A stretch of DNA of 64,000 nt, from IMG/VR virus record IMGVR_UViG_3300022696_000117, positions 1 through 64,000 of that record; one strand, written 5' to 3'. Each line of letters opens with the position of its first letter. The stretch's first letter is position 1. The translations under genes were made by a program, and so were the position numbers. The notes below the pieces were generated by a model. It was not told the origin of the DNA. It saw nothing but the letters and a program-made list of their open reading frames with translations, and searched no databases. This DNA comes from a virus. This document shows, in pieces, positions 17,302-26,918 of the stretch.

Positions 17302-17723
17302 TCTTCCCCCTTCCCGGGCCGATCATCCAGCTCCGGCCTTGTTTCCAGTGTCCACAGAATAGAGAGGAGCGAGAATATAGCCCCTCCCAGGTGGTGCTTC
17401 TTGACTCCGAGCTTCTCGGCATCCGGGTCCCAATCCTCCCGAAGCCAGAAGAAGACGATGATATGCCTCAAAGCCGCCGCCGCCATTACCGATGTGAAGA
17501 ATCCCTTCCTCCAGGACTCTCTTTGATATTTGAGGAGGCCCTCCTGATACGCAGGAACCACATATTTGACCAGCATGTCCATAGGCAAAAGAGATACATC
17601 CGGCTTTGCCTCCTCCTTGTAGTTTTTAGGAGCCATATCTCCTACAGAGGTTACAACGACACCCTCCGATTTGTAACCGGAGCCCCTCCCAAGCTTTACT
17701 CTATCCCAAAACGACACATCCAC
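17298..17723 (-). CDS. dATP/dGTP diphosphohydrolase-domain (DUF5664-like) protein; start uncertain
   Basis: KPDVSLLP...GLLKY..SWRKG...AALRH....ED.D....HHLGGA. Confidence 0.78.
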   Translation of the reverse strand: MDVSFWDRVKLGRGSGYKSEGVVVTSVGDMAPKNYKEEAKPDVSLLPMDMLVKYVVPAYQEGLLKYQRESWRKGFFTSVMAAAALRHIIVFFWLREDWDPDAEKLGVKKHHLGGAIFSLLSILWTLETRPELDDRPGKGEE

Positions 17724-17753
17724 CTCCTGATTAAAGGAATTATCTTTTCGAAA

Positions 17754-18192
17754 TGTAACCTCGGTTACATCTTTCGCACATTGGTTACAGTTTTTGTTAC
17801 CTGCCGAGCGGCCTGTTTTCGGCCCCTTTCACAATCAAGATATCGTGCGCTAACCCCCCGATTGTTGAAAATGTAACCTTTTGTAACCTAAATGTAACCT
17901 CTCTTTTTGCCAATGATTATAACATCTTACAAAGCCAATTTTTACCGAGGTTACAAAGTTACAAAGAAAAATGTAACCTCATATTATGGCGACTTCGGCC
18001 TCTTGATTTTTTCCTCGCATTTTTTTGCCGGTTACATTTCCATGTAACTTTTGTAACCTGGCCCTGAGTTACACCCCTATATATATATATAACCTAGTAT
18101 ATAACTATTTATTATTATTATTATTATAGGGCCTCATCCGGATGAAAGTAACCGTAAAACTTGAGGTTACATCCAGGTTACAAAAGGTTACA
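17754..18192. promoter_or_regulatory. putative replication origin: iteron field with an AT-rich core
   Basis: About 16-18 copies of RGTTACA/TGTAACY in both orientations around a (TA)n/(ATT)n tract at ~18078-18128. Confidence 0.78.
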
Positions 18193-18206
18193 TTTTTAAC
18201 ATCGTC

Positions 18207-18716
18207 CTATATACAGCTGTTATCATTGGTATATTTTCCGCTGGCATGTCTGGCACGATACGTAGCTTTCGCCTCTCCCACTGACTCGTCCGCGTGGTGC
18301 CTCTTGCCGTGCAGCTTGAGGTGGTGGCTGCGACAAAGCCATGTGATGGAAAGCGGCTTTGAGTAGTCCTCGTGATGAGCTTCAGCGTCCGCCTTACCAC
18401 ATACGCTGCACCGTCCCTTTTTTATCTCGCCGGATCTTATGCCGTTGGACACAGCGATCCTTGCCTTATATTTCTCGTGGTTCACAGCTCTGCGCTCCCT
18501 CTGCTTGGAAACCGCATATGCTCTCCGCTCCGGATCTTTCCATCTGCGCTTCTCATATTTAGTATAGTGGTCGATCCGCTTTCTATAGTTTTTGGACACA
18601 TCCTTTTTAGCGCAAAGCTTGCACTTGTTCAGGTGCCCATCTGCCATCGCCGGATGCCGGTAAAACTCATCGAGGCTTTTAACCTTTTCACACTTAAAAC
18701 ATTTTTTAGTAATCAT
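18207..18716 (-). CDS. HNH-type endonuclease
   Basis: KKCFKC..K...EFY...CKLC; CSVCG...EAHHEDYSKPL.ITWLCRSHH..LH. Confidence 0.78.
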   Translation of the reverse strand: MITKKCFKCEKVKSLDEFYRHPAMADGHLNKCKLCAKKDVSKNYRKRIDHYTKYEKRRWKDPERRAYAVSKQRERRAVNHEKYKARIAVSNGIRSGEIKKGRCSVCGKADAEAHHEDYSKPLSITWLCRSHHLKLHGKRHHADESVGEAKATYRARHASGKYTNDNSCI

Positions 18717-18729
18717 ATCAGTACCTTAT

Positions 18730-19227
18730 CTAAAAGGGAATATCCTCGTCATCAGGCGCCTGCGTAGGATCGTATCCGCTGCCCCCAACACCCCCCCCAT
18801 TATTCGTTGGTATCTTGGGGGTCGAGCCGGCCGCACCGGCGCCGCCGCCCGCCGCCGCGTCGGGTGGGGCTGACCCTTGCTGTTGGTTGTTGGTGCCTCC
18901 TCCGAGCATCTGGAGGTCCCTGGCGATGATTTCCGTGGTCCAGCGGCGGTTGCCTTCCTTGTCCTGCCACTCCCTGGTTTGGATTTTGCCTTCGATATAA
19001 ACCTTGGAGCCTTTGGTGAGGTACTGGTTGCAGATCTCGGCGAGGCGCCTGAAGGCCACTATACGCAGCCACTCGGTCTTCTCCCGCTTTTCGCCGGTGC
19101 TCTTGTCGGTCCAGGATTCGGACACGGCTACCGAAAAGTTCGATACCGCCGTGCCGTCGTCCATATGTCTTGCTTCCGGGTCCCGTCCGAGGTTCCCTAC
19201 GATAATCGCTTTGTTTACACCCGCCAT
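18730..19227 (-). CDS. ssb: single-stranded DNA-binding protein
   Basis: [16 protein letters not shown]...[16 protein letters not shown]...DDEDIPF. Confidence 0.97.
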   Translation of the reverse strand: MAGVNKAIIVGNLGRDPEARHMDDGTAVSNFSVAVSESWTDKSTGEKREKTEWLRIVAFRRLAEICNQYLTKGSKVYIEGKIQTREWQDKEGNRRWTTEIIARDLQMLGGGTNNQQQGSAPPDAAAGGGAGAAGSTPKIPTNNGGGVGGSGYDPTQAPDDEDIPF

Positions 19228-19228
19228 C

Positions 19229-19459
19229 TCACCTGCCTCCCTTCGTCTGTTTCATGATTGCATCTTTTGCCTTCTCGACCTCTTCCCGGACCTCCTGGAA
19301 GAAGGCTGCGTGGCCGTACATACGGATACACCTGGCCAGCCATGCCGTTGGTCTGATTTCCGGGTAGTTCCCGGGGACTCCGTCCATTTCCATGCACATC
19401 GCCTTGATCTCCTGTCTCAGAAGGGCGTTGAACTTCGCTGCATCGTCTTTAAGGTTCAT
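19229..19459 (-). CDS. hypothetical protein
   Basis: Coupled ORF. Confidence 0.55.
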   Translation of the reverse strand: MNLKDDAAKFNALLRQEIKAMCMEMDGVPGNYPEIRPTAWLARCIRMYGHAAFFQEVREEVEKAKDAIMKQTKGGR

Positions 19460-19905
19460 GGTGTGACGTCCTCCACTACGCCCATCGCGCGTCTGAATTC
19501 GGTTGTCCTTTCTTCTTTGGACAGCTTCTCGAAAGCCTTCTGGACCTGCGAGCCCTGCGAGTCGAGTATCTGTCTGAGCATACTCGCCTTGGCGTCTTCC
19601 ATGGTGAGGTGGATGTTGCCCATCCTCATCGGCTTCCCTGGTCCGCCTGGAGAAAAGGTCTCCGCCAGCGTCCCCTTCTTTTTCATCCTCTCCGCCGCCC
19701 GCGCCGCCGCCATCATCCGTTTGCAGTGGTTGGTCAGCATGATGTGGGCTCGTTCCTGAAGCTCCTCGGCGCAGGCCTCCGGATTGTCGTCTGGTTCGAG
19801 TTCGGCTTCGAGCCGGATCTCGGGGAGCGCCCCGAAGCCATCGGCGGGGAAGTCGCCACGAGCCTTCACTGCCGTCGCTACAGCCGTAATCTTGGTAATC
19901 CTCAC
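19456..19905 (-). CDS. hypothetical protein
   Basis: GTG start overlapping the lysozyme TGA, with GGAGG upstream. Confidence 0.55.
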   Translation of the reverse strand: MRITKITAVATAVKARGDFPADGFGALPEIRLEAELEPDDNPEACAEELQERAHIMLTNHCKRMMAAARAAERMKKKGTLAETFSPGGPGKPMRMGNIHLTMEDAKASMLRQILDSQGSQVQKAFEKLSKEERTTEFRRAMGVVEDVTP

Positions 19906-20717
19906 CGTGGCACCTCCTCCCCCGTCTCGATCATGTGCTTCAGCCGGACCGCCCGGCCCTTGACCTGGCAGAACCACTTCGAGTCGGCCATCTCAGTGCC
20001 GGCGTCCAGCCACCGCTCATCCTTGACCGCGGAGATAAACCGCTTGAACCCGAGAAACCCGGCCATGCCGAGGTTGAAGCGCATATCGATGAGTGCATGC
20101 TGTCTTGCATCGGTGAGGTTCGGCCAGTTCGGGAAGGTTCTTTCCATATCGATGACGCATTCGTTGATGTCTCGATCCAGAAGGATCATCGCCTCTGCGT
20201 GAGAGAGCCCCTTCTTGTCGAGGCATCTTCCGACGCCGATCGTGGGATGCCCCGTGATCGTGTCTCCCGGACCGAGAGGCTTTCCGTCGTAATCGTCGTA
20301 GACCGTCAGCCGCTGGCCCTCGTGTTCAGCGAGCTGCTGTTTCAGTCGATCCCATTTCATATTGTTTTTCTCCTTTTGCTTGGTAATCCATTCTGATTTT
20401 TCAAGGACGGCTCCGGCCGCTTTGGTCCAGGCTTCTTGGACCCGCTTCGAGGCGGCTTCCCATTCGTTTTTGAACGTAAGCCCGAGATATTCCCTGTGCG
20501 TCTCGTAAGCGGTGGAGGCCAGCCATGCCATAGAGGCACCAGCCGGCGGTTCCTCTTCGGGTTCCGGTTGGGAAAAATTGACCGATAAAAAATCCTTCCG
20601 GAGTTCTTTCCCGCAGCGGCCGCAATTGATTGTGGAGACCCACCGGCCTTCGCCGTCTACGCTGACAATCGCGGGGCTTGAGTCGTCGTGCATGCCGAGG
20701 CTGCAAAGGATGCTCAT
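19902..20717 (-). CDS. T4-type/GH24 lysozyme (domain from ATG 20360) in frame with a 119-aa N-terminal Zn-ribbon-containing region
   Basis: LAEHEG.RL.VYDD...PTIGVGR...ALIDMRFNLG..GFLGF...SKW..QVKGRA.RL; internal AAGGAG RBS before 20360. Confidence 0.85.
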   Translation of the reverse strand: MSILCSLGMHDDSSPAIVSVDGEGRWVSTINCGRCGKELRKDFLSVNFSQPEPEEEPPAGASMAWLASTAYETHREYLGLTFKNEWEAASKRVQEAWTKAAGAVLEKSEWITKQKEKNNMKWDRLKQQLAEHEGQRLTVYDDYDGKPLGPGDTITGHPTIGVGRCLDKKGLSHAEAMILLDRDINECVIDMERTFPNWPNLTDARQHALIDMRFNLGMAGFLGFKRFISAVKDERWLDAGTEMADSKWFCQVKGRAVRLKHMIETGEEVPR

Positions 20718-21028
20718 CCGTCGCCTCCGTCGTCCTGGTCCGTCTTTCTGGCCAAGCCTTTAAAAATGATCGGGGTGAAGCTTTCGTCCAGCTTTGCCAC
20801 CGCGACACTGTCGTCGAGCAGTCCGGACCTGAAGGCGACAAGGGCGCCCGGATCGAACCCGCTGGTCGTGACATGGCTTACCCGTTCATCCTGCACGAAG
20901 ACCGCGGCAGCCCGCTTTGCAAAATCAATCACCGTTTCCATTTCCTCTATGTCAATAATCATGCCCATATCAATCCTCCACCCCCTGATGCCTGCACAAC
21001 CCTTCCCGCAAATCCTTCCCGCAGACAT
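20714..21028 (-). CDS. hypothetical protein; true start probably ~20964-20970
   Basis: Coupled ORF. Confidence 0.5.
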   Translation of the reverse strand: MSAGRICGKGCAGIRGWRIDMGMIIDIEEMETVIDFAKRAAAVFVQDERVSHVTTSGFDPGALVAFRSGLLDDSVAVAKLDESFTPIIFKGLARKTDQDDGGDG

Positions 21029-21185
21029 TGCATTTTGGTACGGGGTGATGGAAAGAGCCTTGGAGGCAGCACATTTCAGGCTTGCTCATGACGTGCGACG
21101 GGTGCCGCTCCCAGGTCCTCCAGACAGTTTTTTCGCATGCGGCGCACTTCCATACCACCGGGTATCGCTTGGTTGCCCTGCTCAT
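20970..21185 (-). CDS. small Cys-rich (Zn-binding) protein
   Basis: CAAC...CNVCG motifs; ATGA overlap. Confidence 0.5.
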   Translation of the reverse strand: MSRATKRYPVVWKCAACEKTVWRTWERHPSHVMSKPEMCCLQGSFHHPVPKCNVCGKDLREGLCRHQGVED

Positions 21186-21805
21186 GGCTTGATCCTCCCG
21201 AACATGTTGCAGGCAGACCCGGTCCAGCTTGAAAATATTCTTTCCGCAATCACCTTTTTTGTCAGGGCGATAGTCGCCCTTATGTCAGCCATGGCGTCAT
21301 GCGCGTTGGCCAGGGCTATACCGAAGTGCTTGCACATGGTTTCAAGCTTACAGTCCTTGGTTTCGATGATCCCTGCCCTCCAAAGGCAAACCAGAACAGG
21401 GTACGGATCTATCGGCTGGAATTGAAGATGATCCCAGAAGGCATATGGCCCTCCTGAGCACTTTTCATACCATGCCGAAAGAAACTGGAGGTCGAACTGG
21501 TTATTGTATCCTCCCGGGATATACCGTTTGGCTTTGTTTTTTCTGAAGCCATGCCTGTCAAGGATGCAATTTAATTTTTGGTATGCTTCCAGCGGATCCA
21601 TGAACGTGCTGATCTCATCCATGGCGACTCCGTTCACAGCAAGAGCTTCTTTGGAAATCAGATCCCCCTTGAAGGGCTTCATCTTCAGGTTGAACTCTTC
21701 GACAAGCCCTTCCTCGGTTTCGATCGCCCCAGCTATTTGAATTACACCATGCCTGCCAGGCTCGGTTCCTGTAGTTTCAAGGTCATTCCAGAATATTCTT
21801 TTCAT
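21182..21805 (-). CDS. DEDDh 3'-5' exonuclease (DnaQ-like)
   Basis: DLETTG, GYN..FD, AHDAMADI. Confidence 0.92.
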   Translation of the reverse strand: MKRIFWNDLETTGTEPGRHGVIQIAGAIETEEGLVEEFNLKMKPFKGDLISKEALAVNGVAMDEISTFMDPLEAYQKLNCILDRHGFRKNKAKRYIPGGYNNQFDLQFLSAWYEKCSGGPYAFWDHLQFQPIDPYPVLVCLWRAGIIETKDCKLETMCKHFGIALANAHDAMADIRATIALTKKVIAERIFSSWTGSACNMFGRIKP

Positions 21806-22149
21806 GGCCGAACCCCCGTAGCCATCTGAAGCTCATAGATGGCTCGTTCAAGATGCCCGAGGTTGTCCGCGGGATCGCTCGTTTCGTCGGTCTCTATCCT
21901 GATTACGATTCGGTAGATCTTTCCGTCTTCGGTCTCGAAGGTTCCGTCGGTTTCGACAGGCCTGCCGGGAGGGGCAAGCGGGCTGACTTGCTCTGAAACA
22001 TAGACGACGTATCTATCGGTCCGGACCCCGTTTACCGCCGGCTGCTCCACGATCACTTCAGCACCCCAGGCCGACGTTGCTAGTAAGATCGCACCGGCTG
22101 CTATCAGCTTTGCCGGTTTGTCGCAAAGATCGCAGAATGCTCGTTTCAT
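21802..22149 (-). CDS. hypothetical protein with an internal signal-peptide-like segment
   Basis: CDLC followed by LIAAGAILLATSAWGA. Confidence 0.5.
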   Translation of the reverse strand: MKRAFCDLCDKPAKLIAAGAILLATSAWGAEVIVEQPAVNGVRTDRYVVYVSEQVSPLAPPGRPVETDGTFETEDGKIYRIVIRIETDETSDPADNLGHLERAIYELQMATGVRP

Positions 22150-22352
22150 GCTCCCTCCAAAATCATCACGGCCGAGTCATAGGCTTCCTCATAGCCCTGG
22201 CCGACAGGGCTGTAGAGGTCTTGCTGAATATATCCCGGCAGGCTCTTAAAGCATTTCCAGCAGAAAGACTTCCCCCTGGCTTTCATCTTGCCGCAGATGC
22301 ACTCCTCGCTTTTGAGTTGGTCGATGTAAAAAAGTCTGTCGCTTGGTTTCAT
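22146..22352 (-). CDS. small Cys-rich protein
   Basis: CICG...FCWKC; ATG 22352 overlaps the upstream stop. Confidence 0.55.
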   Translation of the reverse strand: MKPSDRLFYIDQLKSEECICGKMKARGKSFCWKCFKSLPGYIQQDLYSPVGQGYEEAYDSAVMILEGA

Positions 22353-23038
22353 TTTTTCTCCACTTTTTTGAAAGTTATGGCCCAGACCCAGGGATTTGAA
22401 AGCCAGTCGATACCAGGCTTCTTCCCGTTCAGAACCTCCCAATATTCGTAGAAATGCTCCGAGGGGTACTGGCCGATGTAATCGTTGCCAGCGGGGGTGA
22501 CGACTGCCGTAGATTCGAATCCCTCGGCAATCGCGTCCTCTTCGCTGATTTGATTGAGTCGTTGAACCCGAATATCCGTGATTTCAAGGAATATCCGGCA
22601 GACCCACTTGGGCATGAAGATGGAGGGGCGCCAAGGGCCCTCGTCGAGACTGTCGGCCTTGTATTCGATCGGCCGAGTTTTTAAATATTCCAGGTCGAGG
22701 CCCTTGAGGCTTCCTTCGAGAATATCTGGGTCAAGGGCTTCGTATCCAGCGAATGCCTGCCCCTCCCATAGCCGCCAGGTTTCCCGAACCCACAAGCGGT
22801 CGCCGACCCTTCCATATGGACACAGATATGCCCGTGGCTCAAAGATCCCGGTTTTCCCTGTCTTACTCAACGGCATCCAAAGGCTTTCCCCGTCCACTTC
22901 CCCATTCTCGAACCGGTCCAGATTGCTCGTACCGGTGCAAACAGGCTGCGGCCTCAAAGGCCTTCGTGTCTGCGTCTTCCGCCCATTCAAAATCAAACGA
23001 ACCATCTCGGTGCTGAATAAAGTCGGCAGCTCCCTCAT
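22349..23038 (-). CDS. ASCH/PUA-like conserved phage protein
   Basis: LFSTEMVRLILNGRKTQTRR, GDRLWVRETW, WRPSIFMP, NPWVWAITF. Confidence 0.8.
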   Translation of the reverse strand: MRELPTLFSTEMVRLILNGRKTQTRRPLRPQPVCTGTSNLDRFENGEVDGESLWMPLSKTGKTGIFEPRAYLCPYGRVGDRLWVRETWRLWEGQAFAGYEALDPDILEGSLKGLDLEYLKTRPIEYKADSLDEGPWRPSIFMPKWVCRIFLEITDIRVQRLNQISEEDAIAEGFESTAVVTPAGNDYIGQYPSEHFYEYWEVLNGKKPGIDWLSNPWVWAITFKKVEKK

Positions 23039-23420
23039 CGTTTGTCCTCCCTCCCTTCGCTCATCCTGATCCCATACGTGACCCACTTGAAGGCCAGAAA
23101 CGATCTCCCCAGATCGTCCTTTTCCGTTCGCCACACTTTGATTTTCTTGGTCATGGTTTTCTCCTTGGTTAAATTTTGTAGGGCGTGTGAACAGGACATT
23201 CATCGAATTCACACGTCAGTCCCCGCTTGGCCATCTCCTTTACCAGCGTCCGGCATCTCCGGCAGTAGTACCAAAGCCCGGGAGCCACCGGTCGCCGCCC
23301 ACACATTTTGCACGTCCGTTTCTGTCTGGGCTCCTTCGCCCGTTCCGGATTGTGCTGCCTCGAAAGCATTGTTTCTCCCTTCACCCAAAAAGGTCCCATT
23401 TGGGAAAATTCAGGACAAAA

Positions 23421-25976
23421 TTAATTGAGACATCTGGCCCCCACCGGGCCCATTACCGCGTCGTATCTGAAGATCATAGATCTCCGGCTCTTCGATGTCT
23501 GGTTCCACGAGTATTTCACCGCTCTCTGCGACTCCATGAATGCGGAGTGATTCTCTAGCGCCTCCTTCAGCTCCTTGGTAGAAGCAACTACCTTATACCC
23601 TCTTTTGTCGAGGGCCTTGGTAAGCTCCGGAAGATGAAGCCTGATTTCGTTCGCGTCCGGCTTCAACATGAGGCATAGCCCGATATCTTCATTCCATTCC
23701 TCTTCGCCGATGCCGAGGACCAGGTCGAAGAAATATTCGGCCAGGGCGCCGGCTTCTCGGGAACACTCCTTCTGTTTTGCGATCCCGATCTCTTGAAGAT
23801 ATGACTCCAGCGGATAGGCGATTCCGAGTTGGTCCATGAAGAGCCGATGGAACGCCAGGACCGTGGCGTGATTCTCGTTGATTCGGTTATCCGAGATGTA
23901 GCATCTCAAATCGGCTTTAGCCCGAACGAACTCCTGGAACCATGTGTCTTTGTAGTGAGGATGCTGCTGAATGACTGAAATGTAAAATGCGCCGAAGTCT
24001 GAAAGGGGGATGTCGCGGAGTTTGTCAAAGGCGAGCTTGGATCCGATGCTCTGATAGTCCTTCGAGAAATAAGAGGATATGACCCGCTCCCTCTGCGGCT
24101 TGTTTTCCCATGGTTCCCTGTTCTGGGCGAAGGCGATCCCGCCCTTGAGCTTCAGGGTCTCCGTCCTGTTGTCGGTGGACTTGATCCCCTTGATCTGGAG
24201 TGGGGCGTCATTGTATCCGCCGAGGACGAAGCGAAAATCAAACTTGGCTTTCTGCGCCGCCTTGTCCGCCTCGATGATGCCCTGGAATAGATTGGATCTC
24301 TGTGAAAGCAGCCGCACGATCCCGACCGCCGTGTCGCTCGGTTTGATCTGGTGGCCCTCTTCGTCAAGGCACTGCATGGCGTTCAGGAACACCATCATGT
24401 TCGATTTGCCGGTGCCGGGTTCTCCGTAATAAGACAGGAACGGAAACTGCCGGCATTTGGCTTTGATGTCGCCGACGAACCACGACGCGATGGTCCACGC
24501 AACTCCGACAGCGGCCCGGTCCCCCCATGCGTCGATCAGGAGGTTATAGATATCCTTAATCGGTGTTCCGGTCGTGGGGACCAGGTCCGGAAGCTGTGCG
24601 GCTCTCAGGAACCGCCGCGTACCACAGTCGAAGATTCCCGTTTCCTGGTCCGGGTAGACGATCTTCCTGGTCTGGTCGATCATGAACTCTCGGAATACGT
24701 ACCCGCCTGACTCACGATCATAGCCCTTCTGCTGAAGCTGTCTGACGATTGGTGCCTTGGATGTGGTGATCTGGTTCAACAGGCTCACCACCGGCGCCTT
24801 CTCTCCGCTCCACACGGCGTTCGCTCTGGACAAAAAGAGCGTCGTCATCTGGGCCGCGGAGCTTAACTCATTCGCCGTTGCCGTGAACCTGGTCGGTGCG
24901 CCCTTCGGCTTTCGCACCTCGATATTGTATCGGTAGACCGGCTCATCCGGGTTCTGGTTTTCCAAAAGAAAGGAGACGACGCGGCAGGTGAAGTTCGACA
25001 CCGGGCTGCACATCACTTCCGGCTCCTTTTTATTGCTGAGGGAACTGAAGTAATATTTGCTTCCCCAGTCGAAAAGCCCGGCCGGTTTCCCGCGATGCTC
25101 GTACCAGACCTGGGCATACTCCTGGGCGTTCTTTGCGATCGCAAGCCGCCCCATGAACAGAAGCTCCTCCCATTGTGTGTCGATCCACGCGGCCGCGTCC
25201 TGGGCGTCTTTGGTGACCAGAAGATCGTTCCAGTCGCCATGCGGAAGACACACGTGCTGCATGTCCGGATGCTTCTTGTGCCAGTTGCGGTGAGCCTTCC
25301 ACCCGGCGGAATCGTTGTCGAAGGCGAAAATCAATTCCTTCCACATCGACAGGTCTATGTTCGCCGGGTCCCGCTTCGACGCCAGAACGGCGATCGCCTG
25401 GAAGCCCATCTCGATCAGGGCCAGGGCGTCTATGACACCCTCGGTAACGTATGTCGGTTTGGAGTAATCATAGCTCAGGGCCGGGTGCTGCCAGTACAGA
25501 CCCTCCTGTGATCCGAAGCCGTGGCCTTTCTGCTCACCCTTGGGAGGGTTGAAAATCCGTCCGTTCCATACCTCCTTGCCCGCCGAGTTTACCCCCACAT
25601 AAAAAAGAATGCCGCCGACCCCGAGGCCGCGGCAATTTTTTATGTACTTGAAATTCAGACCCTCAGCCGCCTTTTCGATTCCGCGAATCGACAGGAACCT
25701 TTTCGCCGGCAGATGAGGGTCTGTTTCTGTAGCGGGGTATCTTTCCTCGATCGAGGAAAGCAGGTTGGGAAAAACCCTTGTTATGGCGGTCGTTTCGCCG
25801 CATTTGTTGTTCCGGTGGCATATGATGGCCAGAGGAGAGGCCGAGTAGGCAAAGGCTTCCGGCCGTTGACATTCCGGGCAAATTATGTTCTCTATGTATT
25901 TCCCAACAATCTTCGCTTTGGGACTCCAATAGGGAGAATCCCTAAGCTGTTCCAAAATTTCGTCTGCTGAAAGCAT
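23421..25976 (-). CDS. Zn-finger / TOPRIM primase / P-loop helicase replication protein
   Basis: CPEC..CHRNNKC, VTEGVIDALAL, AFDND.AG, DWNDLL, Walker A GEPGTGKS. Confidence 0.9.
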   Translation of the reverse strand: MLSADEILEQLRDSPYWSPKAKIVGKYIENIICPECQRPEAFAYSASPLAIICHRNNKCGETTAITRVFPNLLSSIEERYPATETDPHLPAKRFLSIRGIEKAAEGLNFKYIKNCRGLGVGGILFYVGVNSAGKEVWNGRIFNPPKGEQKGHGFGSQEGLYWQHPALSYDYSKPTYVTEGVIDALALIEMGFQAIAVLASKRDPANIDLSMWKELIFAFDNDSAGWKAHRNWHKKHPDMQHVCLPHGDWNDLLVTKDAQDAAAWIDTQWEELLFMGRLAIAKNAQEYAQVWYEHRGKPAGLFDWGSKYYFSSLSNKKEPEVMCSPVSNFTCRVVSFLLENQNPDEPVYRYNIEVRKPKGAPTRFTATANELSSAAQMTTLFLSRANAVWSGEKAPVVSLLNQITTSKAPIVRQLQQKGYDRESGGYVFREFMIDQTRKIVYPDQETGIFDCGTRRFLRAAQLPDLVPTTGTPIKDIYNLLIDAWGDRAAVGVAWTIASWFVGDIKAKCRQFPFLSYYGEPGTGKSNMMVFLNAMQCLDEEGHQIKPSDTAVGIVRLLSQRSNLFQGIIEADKAAQKAKFDFRFVLGGYNDAPLQIKGIKSTDNRTETLKLKGGIAFAQNREPWENKPQRERVISSYFSKDYQSIGSKLAFDKLRDIPLSDFGAFYISVIQQHPHYKDTWFQEFVRAKADLRCYISDNRINENHATVLAFHRLFMDQLGIAYPLESYLQEIGIAKQKECSREAGALAEYFFDLVLGIGEEEWNEDIGLCLMLKPDANEIRLHLPELTKALDKRGYKVVASTKELKEALENHSAFMESQRAVKYSWNQTSKSRRSMIFRYDAVMGPVGARCLN

Positions 25977-26106
25977 CCGATCCCCACCCCTTTTTAAATT
26001 GGACGATAGTTAAATACCTGCCTGGGAATCAAACATGTATCCAATTGGGAAGATTGAGGCGTTAAAAAAATTACCAGTGGTTTGCTCAGAATTTTTTAGG
26101 CCGGAG

Positions 26107-26535
26107 CTACTTCTCTTTTTTTTTCTCTGCGCCTTCCTCCCAAAGGCGTTGAAGAAGCTTCCCTGGGTCCGTTCCGGACTCCTGAAATTTTAAGGCATAC
26201 TTACGAAGCGTCTCGTTTTCGTATACCGTCAAAGTGTGTATGTAATTTGCCTCTGCCTCATTTAGGTCCAGCTTTTCCTTCATTTCTTGTACGCTCAAAA
26301 TACCACCCCCTATAAAAAGTGCGAGGTGTTCCTCTGTCACCGTTCTCTCATGCTTTTCAAAATGCACATATTCGCTGAGTCGGTTTTGAGGCACCCCTGT
26401 AACACTGGAGATCTCTACGTAGGTCCACCCCTCTACGGAGGCCATAAACGCAAGCTTGCGCCCCACGTATTCAGTCACTTTCTCCAGTAGTTCCTTTTTT
26501 TCTTTACGTCTTAGCCAACTTACTTTCTTAGCCAT
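26107..26535 (-). CDS. XRE-like HTH repressor
   Basis: GWTYVEISSVTGVPQNRLSEY; divergent from the rightward operon. Confidence 0.65.
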   Translation of the reverse strand: MAKKVSWLRRKEKKELLEKVTEYVGRKLAFMASVEGWTYVEISSVTGVPQNRLSEYVHFEKHERTVTEEHLALFIGGGILSVQEMKEKLDLNEAEANYIHTLTVYENETLRKYALKFQESGTDPGKLLQRLWEEGAEKKKEK

Positions 26536-26679
26536 TCTACAAAATCCTCCTTTGTTGGACAATGTTTTCCCAAGCAGTTTTTGGTTCTCGGGAGTATCTA
26601 CAGGAGGTCAGCGGACAAGTCAAGAATTTTTTCCCAATTTTTTACCCAAAACTTTTCCCAACTCTTTTCCATTTTCCGC

Positions 26680-26708
26680 TTGACTTTTCCCAGACGGGAA
26701 ACTATAAG
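26680..26708 (+). promoter_or_regulatory. sigma70-type promoter for the rightward operon
   Basis: TTGACT-N17-TATAAG. Confidence 0.65.
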
Positions 26709-26918
26709 GGATCTTAGCGGGGATAAGCCTGAACTTTCAGGCCCCCGAGTTGACAATACCCCGACGGCTCGGGACGGCACCCGAGCCGTCAAACCAATCT
26801 TAAAAGGCGAAAGGAGGAGTCGGTGTAGACGAAAACAAAGATTGAATCGTTTAGAGTGCTGTCAAAACTGCCCGGGCCTATCTGGGGGCCCGGGTAACTT
26901 CACCAAGGGAATCTCAAC

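Noticed and set aside
16311-17723. 2-aminoadenine (Z) genome pathway
   Set aside because: No PurZ or dedicated polymerase in the window
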